Shown here: one piece after another, positions 63,930 to 64,000 of the stretch
How the letters are laid out: each line of letters starts with the position of its first letter
How positions within the stretch are numbered: the stretch's first letter is position 1
DNA from: Desulfobulbales bacterium
GTDB lineage: Bacteria > Desulfobacterota > Desulfobulbia > Desulfobulbales > Desulfobulbaceae
Assembly (NCBI GenBank): GCA_038205495.1
Contig: JBBRBT010000003.1
Location: 26,787-90,786, forward strand
Length of the DNA: 64,000 bases
Reading direction: 5' to 3'
Made by a program: the position numbers and the translations under genes
The notes under the pieces: model-generated
Told to the model about the DNA's origin: nothing
Seen by the model: the letters and a program-made list of their open reading frames with translations, nothing else
The model's database searches: none

Positions 63930-64000
63930 GCCGTCTTTCGGGATGCCAGCGCTGTGGTGCCTGCTGCCGCCAGGGCGGCCCGGCCCTGCATGGCCAGGAC

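Noticed and set aside
63930-64000. Possible end of a minus-strand gene at the window edge
   Set aside because: Too little sequence to assign a frame or product.

Overview
This is a roughly 57% GC chromosomal window, most likely from a sulfate-reducing deltaproteobacterium of the Desulfobulbaceae type. That placement is inferred from gene content (DVU0772/DVU0298-type genes, NifA, PilT, a Desulfobacterota-style MITE). Most of the window is housekeeping and metabolic: fadL/fadD, a D,D-peptidase, glgX, typA, pabB-C fusion, nifA, glk, guaA/guaB, ihfB, rpsA, pilT/U, ilvD, csp, glyQ, uvrA, secB, fabB, ferritin, RND efflux, ettA, ovoA/ovoB-like, metX/metW, cysE/cysK and MOSC. No rRNA, tRNA, CRISPR array or transposase was seen. 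The strongest new signal is a 53-codon gene that the ORF track misses (11945-12106, minus strand), directly behind typA. It has a strong RBS, two hydrophobic helices joined by a C-L-P-UGA (CxxU) loop, and a bacterial SECIS-like hairpin 11 nt after the UGA, which makes it a candidate uncharacterised membrane micro-selenoprotein. Other leads: a heavily structured guaB leader of about 300 nt (UUCG loops, possible pseudoknot, terminator-like hairpin); a nitrilase fused to a degenerate HldE-type nucleotidyltransferase; O2-dependent ovothiol genes in a probable anaerobe; an AT-rich HEPN gene bounded by integron core-like sites; and a DVU0772-DUF1566 fusion beside a Fur/PerR-like box. All family assignments come from motif recognition by eye, not from database searches.
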